DNA of 34,479 nt from Thermotogota bacterium (GTDB lineage: Bacteria; Thermotogota; Thermotogae; Petrotogales; Kosmotogaceae). The notes beneath the pieces were generated by a model, which saw only the letters and a program-made list of their open reading frames with translations, had not been told where the DNA came from and searched no databases. Shown one piece after another: positions 16,839 to 26,002 of this stretch. The position numbers and the translations under genes were made by a program. Numbering within the stretch: the first letter of the stretch is position 1; the number at the start of each line of letters is the position of its first letter. The DNA lies in assembly GCA_003643975.1 (NCBI GenBank), contig QNAR01000001.1, forward strand, positions 1-34,479, in the 5' to 3' direction.

Positions 16839-16959
16839 GCATAAAATGCCTATATTGTAGCTAATCTTCAGAAGCGAAACAATATGGCTAATGCTCTTTT
16901 TGCCGCTTAAAGACCATTAATGAGGGTATTTTTTTCATCAGTTCGCATATTGATTATAT

Positions 16960-19149
16960 TTAGTTTTGCGGATCTTTCCTCATTAATTTCGAATACATCG
17001 TTGGTAACAGTGCAAGTGTCATAACGGAACTTGAAACCATAGTAAACCACATCAGAGAAGCCATGAACATGTGAATTTTCAGTGGTGAAACAAACAACGC
17101 TGACATTCCAATCGCGAGTCCAAAGGCATTGGCAATTATCGGTTTGGAAGTTGCCATAAACGCTTTTTTAGCGGCTTCAGGCGAGTTGTTATCTTTAAGT
17201 TTGTTTCTGTAATAAGAGCTGTAATGTATGGCATAATCTATTCCTACCCCAATGGTGATGCTTGCCATAGTTGCAGTGGTTATATTCAAAGGGATACGCA
17301 AAAATCCCATGAACCCGAACATACCAACCAATGTAATCCCGATTGGTATAGTTGCAAAGATCGAAACGAGGAAGTTTCTGAATGTAAGCAATAGCATTAC
17401 AAAAACCATAACTATTGCAAAAAGCATCGAATTTACTTGCTTGTTGATGATGCTGTCATTCATCTCTTTTGTAACGTAAGGTACACCTACAACAGAGAAT
17501 TTGATGTCCTCATTGCTCAAGCCTGTAATAGTTTCTTTTATCTTCTGGAGTGTTTCACCTTTTAAATCTTTTGGGAATACCATTATTCTCGATAAATTCT
17601 GGTCTCTTAAAAGAAAATTAGAAAGGGGATTCCCGGATTGTTTTGAGGCTAACATAAACAGCAAATTTGCGATTCCAATGGTTTTTGGATATGCAGGTGA
17701 ACTGAGGTTATAGGCGTTTTTATTTAGGTAACCCATCACGTCATACACTGAGATTATCTTGTTTACAAGCCCTTCTTCTTTTAGCTTCTTTTCCATCTCA
17801 AGAACTTCACCCGCTGTTTTAAGATCAAGAGGATCTTTTGAGGTGTTTATCACTGCAAACAGCGGCATTCCACCGCCATTTATCTCTTTGACTTTTTCAA
17901 AACTTTTGGCCACCTGAGTGCTTTTTTTGAAAAAGTCAAGCTGGTTAAATTCAATGACTATATACTTAAAGCCTATGACAGCCGTCAAAATATATATTAT
18001 GGCAAAAGCCATAACCCTTTTACCCCATAACTTAGAAACTGCTGTTGGGAGAAAGGTGTTTATTGGCTTTGGTTCGACTTTATCGAATTTTTTTATCTGA
18101 AGTGTAACCAGAGGTAGGAAGATCCAGGTTGCGACACCCGCAAAGCCTATTCCCAACGAAGCGTAAATGGCTAATTGAGATAATGCTGAGGAACCAGTAA
18201 CCAGCAGTGAAAGAAAGCCAGCGATTGTGGTTAGTGTGGTCATTATCATGGGAAGGCCAACTCCTTTGAGGGTTTTCTCAACGGTTCCTACCCTGTCTTC
18301 ATTCAAATTATCCATGAAATGAGACATAAAGTGGATGCCGTCTGCACTTCCCATGACAATGGTGAATATAGGAGCTAAAATGGTCAATATAGAAAGTTCC
18401 TTCCCTGTCCATCCCATAAAACCAACAGTCCATAAAGCACCGAGTCCTGCAGGGAAAATCGACAAAATAGTGTTTTTGGTTGAACCTATCTGTGACCTGA
18501 AAACGAGGACAATGAGAAAGCCCGCCAGCGGAGGAATAATCGAAATTATAACTAACAGATAGTCAACCAGTTTTTTCTGCAAGAATGCGTTTCCAGAACC
18601 ATAATACGTAAACCCACTGTTTCCAAAAATATCCTCTATCTCTTTAACAGCTTTCCTGTAATCAGCGCCCGGGTTAAGAAAAATGTTGAAACTGGCGTAG
18701 CTTTTTCCATCATTCTCAATCAGCGGGTTTAGCTCTCCCAGGTTAGAAAGAAACTTCTTCAACAAGGGAATGTCCTCTGCAGTTATCTCCTCCAGTTTTA
18801 TCGCCCTGAGCCCTGCGAATATCGTTCTGGGAGCAGGGCCGTTTACGCTTGAGACCGCTTCGAGATTTTCCAGCTGAGACTGGAGTTCTCGAAGCGCTTT
18901 GAACTTTTCGGTTTCGTCATTGTACTGAGGAATTTCTACCACAAAAATCAACTGATCGCCGCTGTCAAAAGTTTTTTCCATTTCTTTGTATGCCTTATTC
19001 GCAGGAGAATCCAAAGGAAGGAGTGCTGTTATATCGGGGTTTATCCTAATTCTTAACACCCCAAAAAGCGCAAATAAATTCACCAAAACGAGGATTGCAA
19101 AGAAAATTCTTTTCTTATTCGAAAGTAATTCAACGAATTTTTTAACCAT
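16960..19149 (-). CDS. MMPL/RND-family transporter (two-repeat, HpnN/YdfJ-like)
   Basis: Two repeats of TM, extracytoplasmic domain and 5 TM. IVMGSADGIHF and IGVGIDYAIHY TM4/TM10 motifs; MTTLTTIAGFLSL. Confidence 0.88.
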   Translation of the reverse strand: MVKKFVELLSNKKRIFFAILVLVNLFALFGVLRIRINPDITALLPLDSPANKAYKEMEKTFDSGDQLIFVVEIPQYNDETEKFKALRELQSQLENLEAVSSVNGPAPRTIFAGLRAIKLEEITAEDIPLLKKFLSNLGELNPLIENDGKSYASFNIFLNPGADYRKAVKEIEDIFGNSGFTYYGSGNAFLQKKLVDYLLVIISIIPPLAGFLIVLVFRSQIGSTKNTILSIFPAGLGALWTVGFMGWTGKELSILTILAPIFTIVMGSADGIHFMSHFMDNLNEDRVGTVEKTLKGVGLPMIMTTLTTIAGFLSLLVTGSSALSQLAIYASLGIGFAGVATWIFLPLVTLQIKKFDKVEPKPINTFLPTAVSKLWGKRVMAFAIIYILTAVIGFKYIVIEFNQLDFFKKSTQVAKSFEKVKEINGGGMPLFAVINTSKDPLDLKTAGEVLEMEKKLKEEGLVNKIISVYDVMGYLNKNAYNLSSPAYPKTIGIANLLFMLASKQSGNPLSNFLLRDQNLSRIMVFPKDLKGETLQKIKETITGLSNEDIKFSVVGVPYVTKEMNDSIINKQVNSMLFAIVMVFVMLLLTFRNFLVSIFATIPIGITLVGMFGFMGFLRIPLNITTATMASITIGVGIDYAIHYSSYYRNKLKDNNSPEAAKKAFMATSKPIIANAFGLAIGMSALFVSPLKIHMFMASLMWFTMVSSSVMTLALLPTMYSKLMRKDPQN

Positions 19150-19280
19150 AATGTCCTCCTGATAAAAGATTTGGAGTTTATGAAAAACGCAGACAATTTA
19201 GATTATATAATATAAGAGGGCTTTTGATAAATCTTTTTAGGCCTTGACGAGAAAGCGGCCTTTTTTTAGGGGGAAAAATA

Positions 19281-20399
19281 ATGGTGAAATTGAAGACATT
19301 TTTTCATGAAAGAATTAACAAATTACGAGAAGAAATTCTCACTCCGAGAAAAGCTAAAGGACTGCTAATAAGCCGTAGTGATAACTTTTCATGGTTAACC
19401 TTCGGAGCAAGAAACCACATAACACTCAACACTGTTGAAGGGGTTGCTTCCCTATTAATAACCGAGGATTCAGTAATTTTGTTGACTGACAACATCGAAA
19501 AAGAGAGGCTAAAGAGTGAAGAATTTTACAGTGATATCTGGGACAAATTGGAAGTTCTCGAATATAACTGGTGGGAAGGAGAAGAAAATGCACTTTCACG
19601 ACTTTTCATTGCTCCAGCAAAAGAGCTTATTTCCGATACCGGCAGATATGACACTTCGAACCTCAATTCCAGGATTGTCCCCTTTCGATATGCGCTTGTA
19701 GAACCTGAGATTGAAACTTATAGGCAGCTGGGAAAAGACTGTGACGAGATCTTTTGGGAGTTGATGCCAAAATTATCCCCGGAAAATACAGAGCTGCAAG
19801 TTCAGGGAATGTTTTATGAAGCCCTTGCCAAAAAAGGCATTGAACCTCTCTTGACGATAGTTTTCGGCGAAGACAGCTCAATACGATACAGGCATAACCT
19901 CTCCAGAAATATCACACTTGGAAAAAGCGTTTTTGTGAGTGTCTGCGCTCGAAAACGTGGGCTTGTTGTTTCTTCCACGAGATCCGCCCTCTTTGAGTTG
20001 AACAATGAACTCATAGAACAGCACAGGAAGAATTGCTACGTTGATGCAGTCGCCATAGCCAACTCTTTACCGGGAAATAGACTGTCGCGCGTATTCGCTG
20101 AGATAAGAAGAGCTTATAAGGCAATCGGTTATGAAGGAGAATGGGAGCTTCATCATCAAGGGGGAATTGCTGGATACAATCCCCGAGAATTATTGGCTTC
20201 AGATTTCAGTGAATATGTTTTGGAAAAAGGAGTCGCTGTTGCCTGGAACCCAACAATCACCGGCACTAAATCAGAAGATACTGCTATTGTAGGTGAAGTT
20301 CCTGAGATAATTTCATTTCCTGAGGGCAGTCATTGGCCAGTTATAAAGTTAAATGCCAATGATTATGTTATCCGAAGACCAGATATACTTGTTCTTTAG
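19281..20399 (+). CDS. M24 (Xaa-Pro peptidase/creatinase-fold) family protein
   Basis: Creatinase-like N-domain (NFSWLT) and C-domain YRH, HHQGG.GY..RE, AWNP, KSEDT motifs. Confidence 0.78.
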   Translation: MVKLKTFFHERINKLREEILTPRKAKGLLISRSDNFSWLTFGARNHITLNTVEGVASLLITEDSVILLTDNIEKERLKSEEFYSDIWDKLEVLEYNWWEGEENALSRLFIAPAKELISDTGRYDTSNLNSRIVPFRYALVEPEIETYRQLGKDCDEIFWELMPKLSPENTELQVQGMFYEALAKKGIEPLLTIVFGEDSSIRYRHNLSRNITLGKSVFVSVCARKRGLVVSSTRSALFELNNELIEQHRKNCYVDAVAIANSLPGNRLSRVFAEIRRAYKAIGYEGEWELHHQGGIAGYNPRELLASDFSEYVLEKGVAVAWNPTITGTKSEDTAIVGEVPEIISFPEGSHWPVIKLNANDYVIRRPDILVL

Positions 20400-20437
20400 T
20401 TTCTACATATTTCAAGATATAAATCCAAAAACCCGGG

Positions 20438-21550
20438 CTAAACTTTTTTCTCAAACGTCGCATATTCCTTGTAAAGCTCCCCACCAGCCCCAAGGGCATC
20501 TTGAAAACTCTTTTTGTTTTCAAAGCCTATTATGCCGCCTTCGGCCATTGTATAACCCTTTTTGATGGCGTTCATGCCAACATGGTAATGCATGGCAAAG
20601 GAAACGCCTTTCCCCTGGAATTTCTCCACCACGAAAACGGTAAAGGTCCTGAAGGTCTTTATTTCTTTCTTTGCTTTCAAGAATTTCAACCAGCCAAAGG
20701 GATAAAGGCGTCCATTTAACTCCTTGAGTACTTCATTGTAATTGGGAATACTCGCTGCAAACCCTATCGGTTCATCGCCATGATATGCGATGGCTACAAG
20801 ATCTGGATCGGCAAAGCGTTTCATATCTTTTACGATCTGAAGCATTTCTTCAAAGGAAGGTGGTCTGACCCCGACCCAATAATCGGGTATTGAGTTTTCC
20901 ATAACCGTTTTCAGATCACGCGCGACTTTTTTGAGATTTCTCATCTGGGGCGAAATGATTTCATAATCGTAGCGCTTTTTGGCAATTTCAATGAGTTGAA
21001 TAATTTTTTCTGGAACAGGCTTGCTCAAGTCGTATTTGAAACACGCCAGGTGGGTTTTCATAGCGAATCCGATTTCTTCCAGCAGTCGCTGGTAGTACGG
21101 GGGATTGTAGTTCATGTTGATAAAGGGTGGGTCATCAAAATTCTTTATGAGAATGGCTTTATAGTCATCACCATTTGTGGGTGAATCAGTACCGATGTAT
21201 TTTTCAATACGCATTTCTTTGAACCAGTTATCAGCGCCGTGAAAAAGAAGGTCAACAATGCTGAGATCGTCGTAGCTCTCAAAAAGGGTAAAAGATCCCA
21301 CGTTGTTACCGTGCTTCAAAACGTTTTTGTTGATATATACTCCAAGACGGCCCACAGGTTGATGTGCATTCATAACAAGGAAAAATTCTCTTCCGCCACT
21401 CATTACAGGAGCTCCTTTGCTAATCGCTTTCTTGACCATGGAATTCAGCGGTGGAATCCATTGGGGAGTGTTTTTATACAGCTCGTAGGGTAAGCGAATA
21501 AAGTTTTTCACATCTTTATCAGAAACAACTTTTTTGAGCCTCAATTTCAT
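20438..21550 (-). CDS. YghO-like double-GNAT N-acyltransferase
   Basis: FIRLPYELY..PQWIPPL, VGRL, FTLFE, MNYNPPYY, PNYNEVLKELNGRLYPFGWLKFL and the acetyl-CoA loop VVEKFQGKGV. Confidence 0.72.
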   Translation of the reverse strand: MKLRLKKVVSDKDVKNFIRLPYELYKNTPQWIPPLNSMVKKAISKGAPVMSGGREFFLVMNAHQPVGRLGVYINKNVLKHGNNVGSFTLFESYDDLSIVDLLFHGADNWFKEMRIEKYIGTDSPTNGDDYKAILIKNFDDPPFINMNYNPPYYQRLLEEIGFAMKTHLACFKYDLSKPVPEKIIQLIEIAKKRYDYEIISPQMRNLKKVARDLKTVMENSIPDYWVGVRPPSFEEMLQIVKDMKRFADPDLVAIAYHGDEPIGFAASIPNYNEVLKELNGRLYPFGWLKFLKAKKEIKTFRTFTVFVVEKFQGKGVSFAMHYHVGMNAIKKGYTMAEGGIIGFENKKSFQDALGAGGELYKEYATFEKKV

Positions 21551-22866
21551 TCCAAACTCCCTCCATCTTCCTGCATTTTCTTTTGAAAAGCCCTGTCAAT
21601 GGGATATGGCACCATGAGCAGTATACCGGTAATGAACAAAAGACCCGGCAGGCCTCCAAAAAGCAACCTTATTGCAAGCAGCACCTGTGGTTCCTGAGGT
21701 ACGTTGGGCTTATATCCCACTGCGTTCAGCGTTAATCCCACGACGAAGAGCATCAAGGATGTTCCGAGCTTCTGAAAGAAGGTAGTAAGGCCGTAGTACA
21801 TTCCTTCGCGCCTTTTGCCTGATATCAGGCGATCGTATTCTACAGCATCCGGCAAAATGGAAAATGGAAGTACGTGTGCAGCAGATACCCCAAAGCCCGT
21901 AACAACAATGGCAAAATACAGCCAGAAATTGGTGAGCTTGTCCCCCAAAAAAGCGATAAAAAGCAGACATAGCACGAGTTCTAACATTCCAAGCTGATAT
22001 GCTCTTCTTTTCTCCAGCTTTCCCGCTATCCAGACCCAAAGTGGGAGGAAAACAATGGAAGAAACAAAAAGAATGCCTATTAAGAAGCCTATCTCAGCTT
22101 CACGATTCATCACATAAGTTGCGAAATATATTATGGTAGCTGATACGACATTTATGCCTGTCCAGGTGAAGAAATACATGGAAACTGCGAGAAGAAAGGG
22201 TTTGTTCTTTACTATATCTTTCAAAGCGCTTCTATCAAAGCCTCCTTTGGCGTTGGAATGAACCGTCTTTTCCCTGATAATCGAAAAGACTACAAGTGGA
22301 GAGCTGATTACAATAACCCCAAAAATCGTTCCCATGACGCTGTAACCGGTGCCGGGATTTGTAAAACTCTGTATTATAAAGGCTGGAACCGCACCTGCTA
22401 TTAACCCCCCAAGGATTGAAAAGAACATACGATAAGCGTTAAGGCTCGTCCTTTCGTCGTAAGTTTCTGCAAGCTCAGGTGTGAGAGAATTGTACGGAAC
22501 CGCATAAGCGGTGCTGGCAGTTGTGTGAAAGAGAAAAGCGATGGTGGAGTAAAGTATTTTCAGCCCTGGGGACCAGTGAGGTATTGTCCATAGCATTATA
22601 AAAGTTATCCCATAAGGTATGGCAGCCCCGAGAATATAGGGTCGCCTTCTGCCAAGGCGAGAAGTCGTTTTATCTGAAAAACCGCCAAAAAGCGGGTCGC
22701 TAAAGGCATCCCATACTTTTCCAATCAAGATGGCAAAACCAGCCCATGCGGCATTCACCTGCGCCACATCTGTGAGATAAAAGAGAAAATAGAAACCGAT
22801 AATTGTCCATGAGATGCTCAATCCGAGATCTCCATAACCAAAGGCGAGTTTTTCTTTAACAGTCAT
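21547..22866 (-). CDS. MFS transporter, glycoside-pentoside-hexuronide (MelB/GPH) family
   Basis: KLAFGYGD, WDAFSDPLFG.SD.T.SRLGRRRPY, VPYNSL.PEL...YDERT and PDAVEYD....G.RREG.YYG motifs. ATG 22866 chosen over TTG 22881. ATGA overlap with the GNAT gene. Confidence 0.9.
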   Translation of the reverse strand: MTVKEKLAFGYGDLGLSISWTIIGFYFLFYLTDVAQVNAAWAGFAILIGKVWDAFSDPLFGGFSDKTTSRLGRRRPYILGAAIPYGITFIMLWTIPHWSPGLKILYSTIAFLFHTTASTAYAVPYNSLTPELAETYDERTSLNAYRMFFSILGGLIAGAVPAFIIQSFTNPGTGYSVMGTIFGVIVISSPLVVFSIIREKTVHSNAKGGFDRSALKDIVKNKPFLLAVSMYFFTWTGINVVSATIIYFATYVMNREAEIGFLIGILFVSSIVFLPLWVWIAGKLEKRRAYQLGMLELVLCLLFIAFLGDKLTNFWLYFAIVVTGFGVSAAHVLPFSILPDAVEYDRLISGKRREGMYYGLTTFFQKLGTSLMLFVVGLTLNAVGYKPNVPQEPQVLLAIRLLFGGLPGLLFITGILLMVPYPIDRAFQKKMQEDGGSLE

Positions 22867-22948
22867 AATGAAATTATACAATATCTAATGGCGATAACTG
22901 CGCAATTACATTGTTGTTCCGCCTCTTTTTTTATAATAACCATACATA

Positions 22949-22957
22949 TGTTAGAAT
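22949..22957 (+). promoter_or_regulatory. Extended -10 promoter (TG-n-TAGAAT) for the riboswitch leader
   Basis: TGTTAGAAT ends 6 nt before the first G of riboswitch P1 (22964). Confidence 0.6.
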
Positions 22958-22961
22958 ATTT

Positions 22962-23010
22962 ATGGATGATGGAGTCCGTCCTAATTGCCAAAAGGCTAAT
23001 GACTCCTACC
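22962..23010 (+). ncRNA. Fluoride riboswitch (crcB motif) aptamer
   Basis: GGATGATGGAGTCCGTCC-TAATT-GCC-AAAA-GGC-TAATGACTCCTAC. P1 22964-68/22977-81, conserved GATGGAGT, P2 GCC/GGC, conserved CTAATG, pseudoknot GGAGTC (22971-76) with GACTCC (23001-06), terminal CTAC. Confidence 0.92.
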
Positions 23011-23036
23011 TTTATGGGTAGGAGTTTTATTTTTTT
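23002..23036 (+). terminator. Riboswitch-controlled intrinsic terminator (expression platform)
   Basis: ACTCCTACC-TTTATG-GGTAGGAGT 9-bp stem followed by TTTATTTTTTT. The 5' arm is the pseudoknot strand of the aptamer. Confidence 0.9.
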
Positions 23037-23052
23037 CAGGCAGGCGGTGCAT

Positions 23053-23760
23053 TTGAAACACATTCCAAAGGAAAACAACCAGCTTTATTTTTTGCTTTTA
23101 GAATTTATTGAGAAGAAAAAAAGTAGCTGTCCCATTTGTCTTGCAACCGAGAAGAGCGTGATTGATTATTTTGATATATTACTCTATGAACGGGTTAATG
23201 ATCCAGAAACCCGAAGAGTCATTGACACTTCTATGGGGTTCTGCAGCAAACACACTGCTTTGCTTATGAGGATGGGAGACTCTTTTGGACAATCTATGAT
23301 ATACAGAAGTGTACTTACACATATTGCCAAAACATTGCCTTCACAGCTACCTCTAAAAAAAAGACGTATAATATTTCCCAAGGGCATAGATCACAAAAAC
23401 AGTTATAAAAATAAGTGTCCAGCTTGTGATTTTGAAAAGGAGTTTGAGGAGTTGTATCTCGATGAGTTTGTCTTGGGACTTGAAAAACCAGAATTCAGGA
23501 AATCCTTTGCCCAGTCCAGTGGCTTATGCATACCACATTTCATAAAGGCCATGGAAATATGCCAAAAAAGTGATACAGCCGATTTCTTGCTTGATACTCA
23601 ACTCAAGGTTATTGACAATTTAATAGCTGAACTGGATGAATTCATTCTCAAATTTGACTACAGGTTTTCAAACCAAAGAATGGGAAAAGAAAAAAATGCG
23701 TGGAAAAGGGCTGCGAGGCTTCTTGCCAGTAGGCATATTTTGGATGATTTAGATCAATGA
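23053..23760 (+). CDS. DUF6062-like protein with duplicated CxxC...CxxH metal-binding motifs
   Basis: CPIC...VNDP..R......GFCSKH and CPAC...GLCIPH, plus KFDYR and W.RA. The ORF-track start 22888 runs through the riboswitch, so TTG 23053 (SD AGGCGGTG) is the likely start. Family name is from memory. Confidence 0.75.
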   Translation: MKHIPKENNQLYFLLLEFIEKKKSSCPICLATEKSVIDYFDILLYERVNDPETRRVIDTSMGFCSKHTALLMRMGDSFGQSMIYRSVLTHIAKTLPSQLPLKKRRIIFPKGIDHKNSYKNKCPACDFEKEFEELYLDEFVLGLEKPEFRKSFAQSSGLCIPHFIKAMEICQKSDTADFLLDTQLKVIDNLIAELDEFILKFDYRFSNQRMGKEKNAWKRAARLLASRHILDDLDQ

Positions 23761-23784
23761 ATAACTTCCTGGGAGGTATAAAAG

Positions 23785-24726
23785 ATGAAAGTAAAAGAGT
23801 TTGGTGAAAAGGTGCTGAAAAATATATCCAAAGTGATAATCGGAAAAGACAGAGTCATACGAAAACTGCTGGCAGTTATGATCAGTGAGGGGCATGTATT
23901 GCTCAATGATGTGCCGGGTGTGGGTAAAACAATGCTTGCAAGGAGTTTAGCACTTTCATTGGGACTGAAATTCAAGCGTATTCAATGCACCCCTGACCTT
24001 TTACCAAGCGATGTGACCGGATTGAATATCCTGGATATGAAAACCAATGAGTTCGTCTTTCAACAGGGCCCTGTCTTTACCGACATACTCCTCGCAGATG
24101 AAGTGAACAGAACAACCCCCAGAACACAGTCAGCTTTGCTCGAGGCCATGGCGGAAAAACAGGTTACCGTCGACGGAAAAACTCAAGCGTTGAGCGATCT
24201 GTTCTTTGTAATAGCAACTCAGAACCCCGTGGAATTTGAAGGCACCTTCCCTCTTCCGGAAGCTCAGCTAGACAGATTTGCCATATGTATGACATTGGGG
24301 TATCCAGAGAGGGAGCAGGAAATCCTGATGCTCAATAACATGAAGGAAGAGCATCCCATCGTTGAACTTAAACCGGTATCCAATGCCGAGGAACTGAGGA
24401 AAATCAGAAAAAGTGTTAGAGAGATACATTTAGATAATTCTATTCTTTCTTATATCACCGACCTGGTATGGAGCACTCGCAAACACCCTGATCTTGCACT
24501 GGGTTCAAGTCCTCGTGGTTCCATCGCCCTGATGAACCTCTCCAGGGGACTCGCGGCTTTAAATGGAAGGGACTTTGTGATTCCAGACGATGTAAAGGAA
24601 ATAGCTGTTGAGGTTCTTGCACATAGGGTTATCTTAAAACCTGAAGCGCGTCTCATGCGCAAAACCAGAGAAATGGTTATAGAGGAAATTCTTGACAGCA
24701 CAGAGGTACCTATCAAGAATGGCTAA
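23785..24726 (+). CDS. moxR: MoxR-family AAA+ ATPase
   Basis: GHVLLNDVPGVGKT, RIQCTPDLLPSD, LADEVNR, ATQNP, LPEAQLDRF, SPRG and LAHR motifs. Confidence 0.95.
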   Translation: MKVKEFGEKVLKNISKVIIGKDRVIRKLLAVMISEGHVLLNDVPGVGKTMLARSLALSLGLKFKRIQCTPDLLPSDVTGLNILDMKTNEFVFQQGPVFTDILLADEVNRTTPRTQSALLEAMAEKQVTVDGKTQALSDLFFVIATQNPVEFEGTFPLPEAQLDRFAICMTLGYPEREQEILMLNNMKEEHPIVELKPVSNAEELRKIRKSVREIHLDNSILSYITDLVWSTRKHPDLALGSSPRGSIALMNLSRGLAALNGRDFVIPDDVKEIAVEVLAHRVILKPEARLMRKTREMVIEEILDSTEVPIKNG

Positions 24727-26002
24727 GCTGCAAGTGAAGTCTTTCAGGTCGCGCAAAGGCCCATTGTGTCTCCTGACTGTGCTAGGGCTTATCTGGCTTG
24801 TCTTTCAAATCAATGCTTTCTCATTGACAATAGCTGTTCTATCTGCCACGTTATGGTTAGAATATTTTATTACAGGATACTTTTTAAGAAAGACTACCAT
24901 CGAGAGAACGTTAAGTCAGAACAGAATTTTCACCGATCAGGCCCTGGAATTGGGTTACACTATAGAGAACCCTTTTCCGGGAGACCTCGAAATAGAGTTC
25001 GTTACGCTCATAGAAAAGGCAACCAGCACTTCAGGCATGAAAGCCCGGCGACTTTTGCTAAAGCCCAGGCAATCATTGTCAATCAGTACAGAACTTGTTT
25101 TTGCGCTGCGCGGAAGAAAGGACGTTTCCAGCTGTTCAATTGCATACAAAGATCCACTGGGCTTTTTCAAACACTGGGCGGTCTTCTCAAATCCGGAAGA
25201 AGTGCTTGTCCTCCCAAGGCTCATGGAATTTGAAACCTTCCCTTTGATGCTTAGAGAGCTCCTTCCCGGTTCCAAAAGCGATTTTCAGTTGCTTGAAGAC
25301 CCCACTTATCTTAAAGGGGTTAGGCGATACGCTTCTGACCCCATGAATCGAATACATTGGAAAATATCCGCAAAAATGAGAGAACTCTACACAAAGGAAT
25401 TCAACTTCACTGCCATCAGTAAAACCATGCTTTACTTAGATCTCAACCTCACAAAAGAGGTCTTTGCACGAGCCGTGTGGTCGCAGATGAGAAGAAATTA
25501 TGAAGAACAGGCAGTGTTAGCGGCATCTTCTCTAATTCGTTGGAGTCATGAACGGGGAAATAGAATCGAACTGGTTGTTGTGGGGGCTGACATTCTCAAA
25601 ACTGAATACAGGAAAAAAAGTTGGGTTGAAACAGTGGAACTCCTTGCACTAGCCAAAGGTACTGATGATGGCATTGAACTTTCAAACATTCTTTTAGAGG
25701 ATATAGAAAAGTTAACACCGTCGACTACATTGGTGATTTTCTCGCTTTATCTTACTGATTCCATCTTGCCTGTTCTATTGAAAGCCCGGTCCAAGTGCGC
25801 CAGAGTATTGGTATTGGTTATGCCTTATGGTTTCAGGGATCCGCGTTATAAAGCGGGTAGATCTTTCGAGCTGTTGCCACAGGATATGAAGCGCCTAAGA
25901 GAAAAAGCGGCCTTGCTCGAAAAAGAACAGATACTCGTAAGAATCGTCAGAGATAACCAGTCTTTGCAGGAGGTGGCAATGGAAATTGAAGAAGTTAAAT
26001 GA
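24719..26002 (+). CDS. DUF58 domain protein (MoxR-associated) with N-terminal TM helices
   Basis: RG...DPLGFF, VLVLP and GVRRY.SDPMNRIHWKISAK...LYTKEF motifs. ATG 24719 overlapping the moxR stop preferred over TTG 24692. Confidence 0.88.
   Translation: MAKLQVKSFRSRKGPLCLLTVLGLIWLVFQINAFSLTIAVLSATLWLEYFITGYFLRKTTIERTLSQNRIFTDQALELGYTIENPFPGDLEIEFVTLIEKATSTSGMKARRLLLKPRQSLSISTELVFALRGRKDVSSCSIAYKDPLGFFKHWAVFSNPEEVLVLPRLMEFETFPLMLRELLPGSKSDFQLLEDPTYLKGVRRYASDPMNRIHWKISAKMRELYTKEFNFTAISKTMLYLDLNLTKEVFARAVWSQMRRNYEEQAVLAASSLIRWSHERGNRIELVVVGADILKTEYRKKSWVETVELLALAKGTDDGIELSNILLEDIEKLTPSTTLVIFSLYLTDSILPVLLKARSKCARVLVLVMPYGFRDPRYKAGRSFELLPQDMKRLREKAALLEKEQILVRIVRDNQSLQEVAMEIEEVK

Noticed and set aside
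16848-16888. Imperfect inverted repeat GCCTATATTGT...ACAATATGGC after tag
   Set aside because: Large loop, a bulge and no adjacent U-tract; lacks attC ends. Cannot be called a terminator or mobile-element end.
19239-19267. AGGCC...GGCCT plus T-run just upstream of the M24 gene RBS
   Set aside because: Only a 5-bp stem with a 13-nt loop and no recognisable aptamer; an attenuator is possible but unsupported.
22888-23052. N-terminal 55 codons of the 290-aa ORF
   Set aside because: They cover the promoter, fluoride riboswitch and terminator; the real start is probably TTG 23053.
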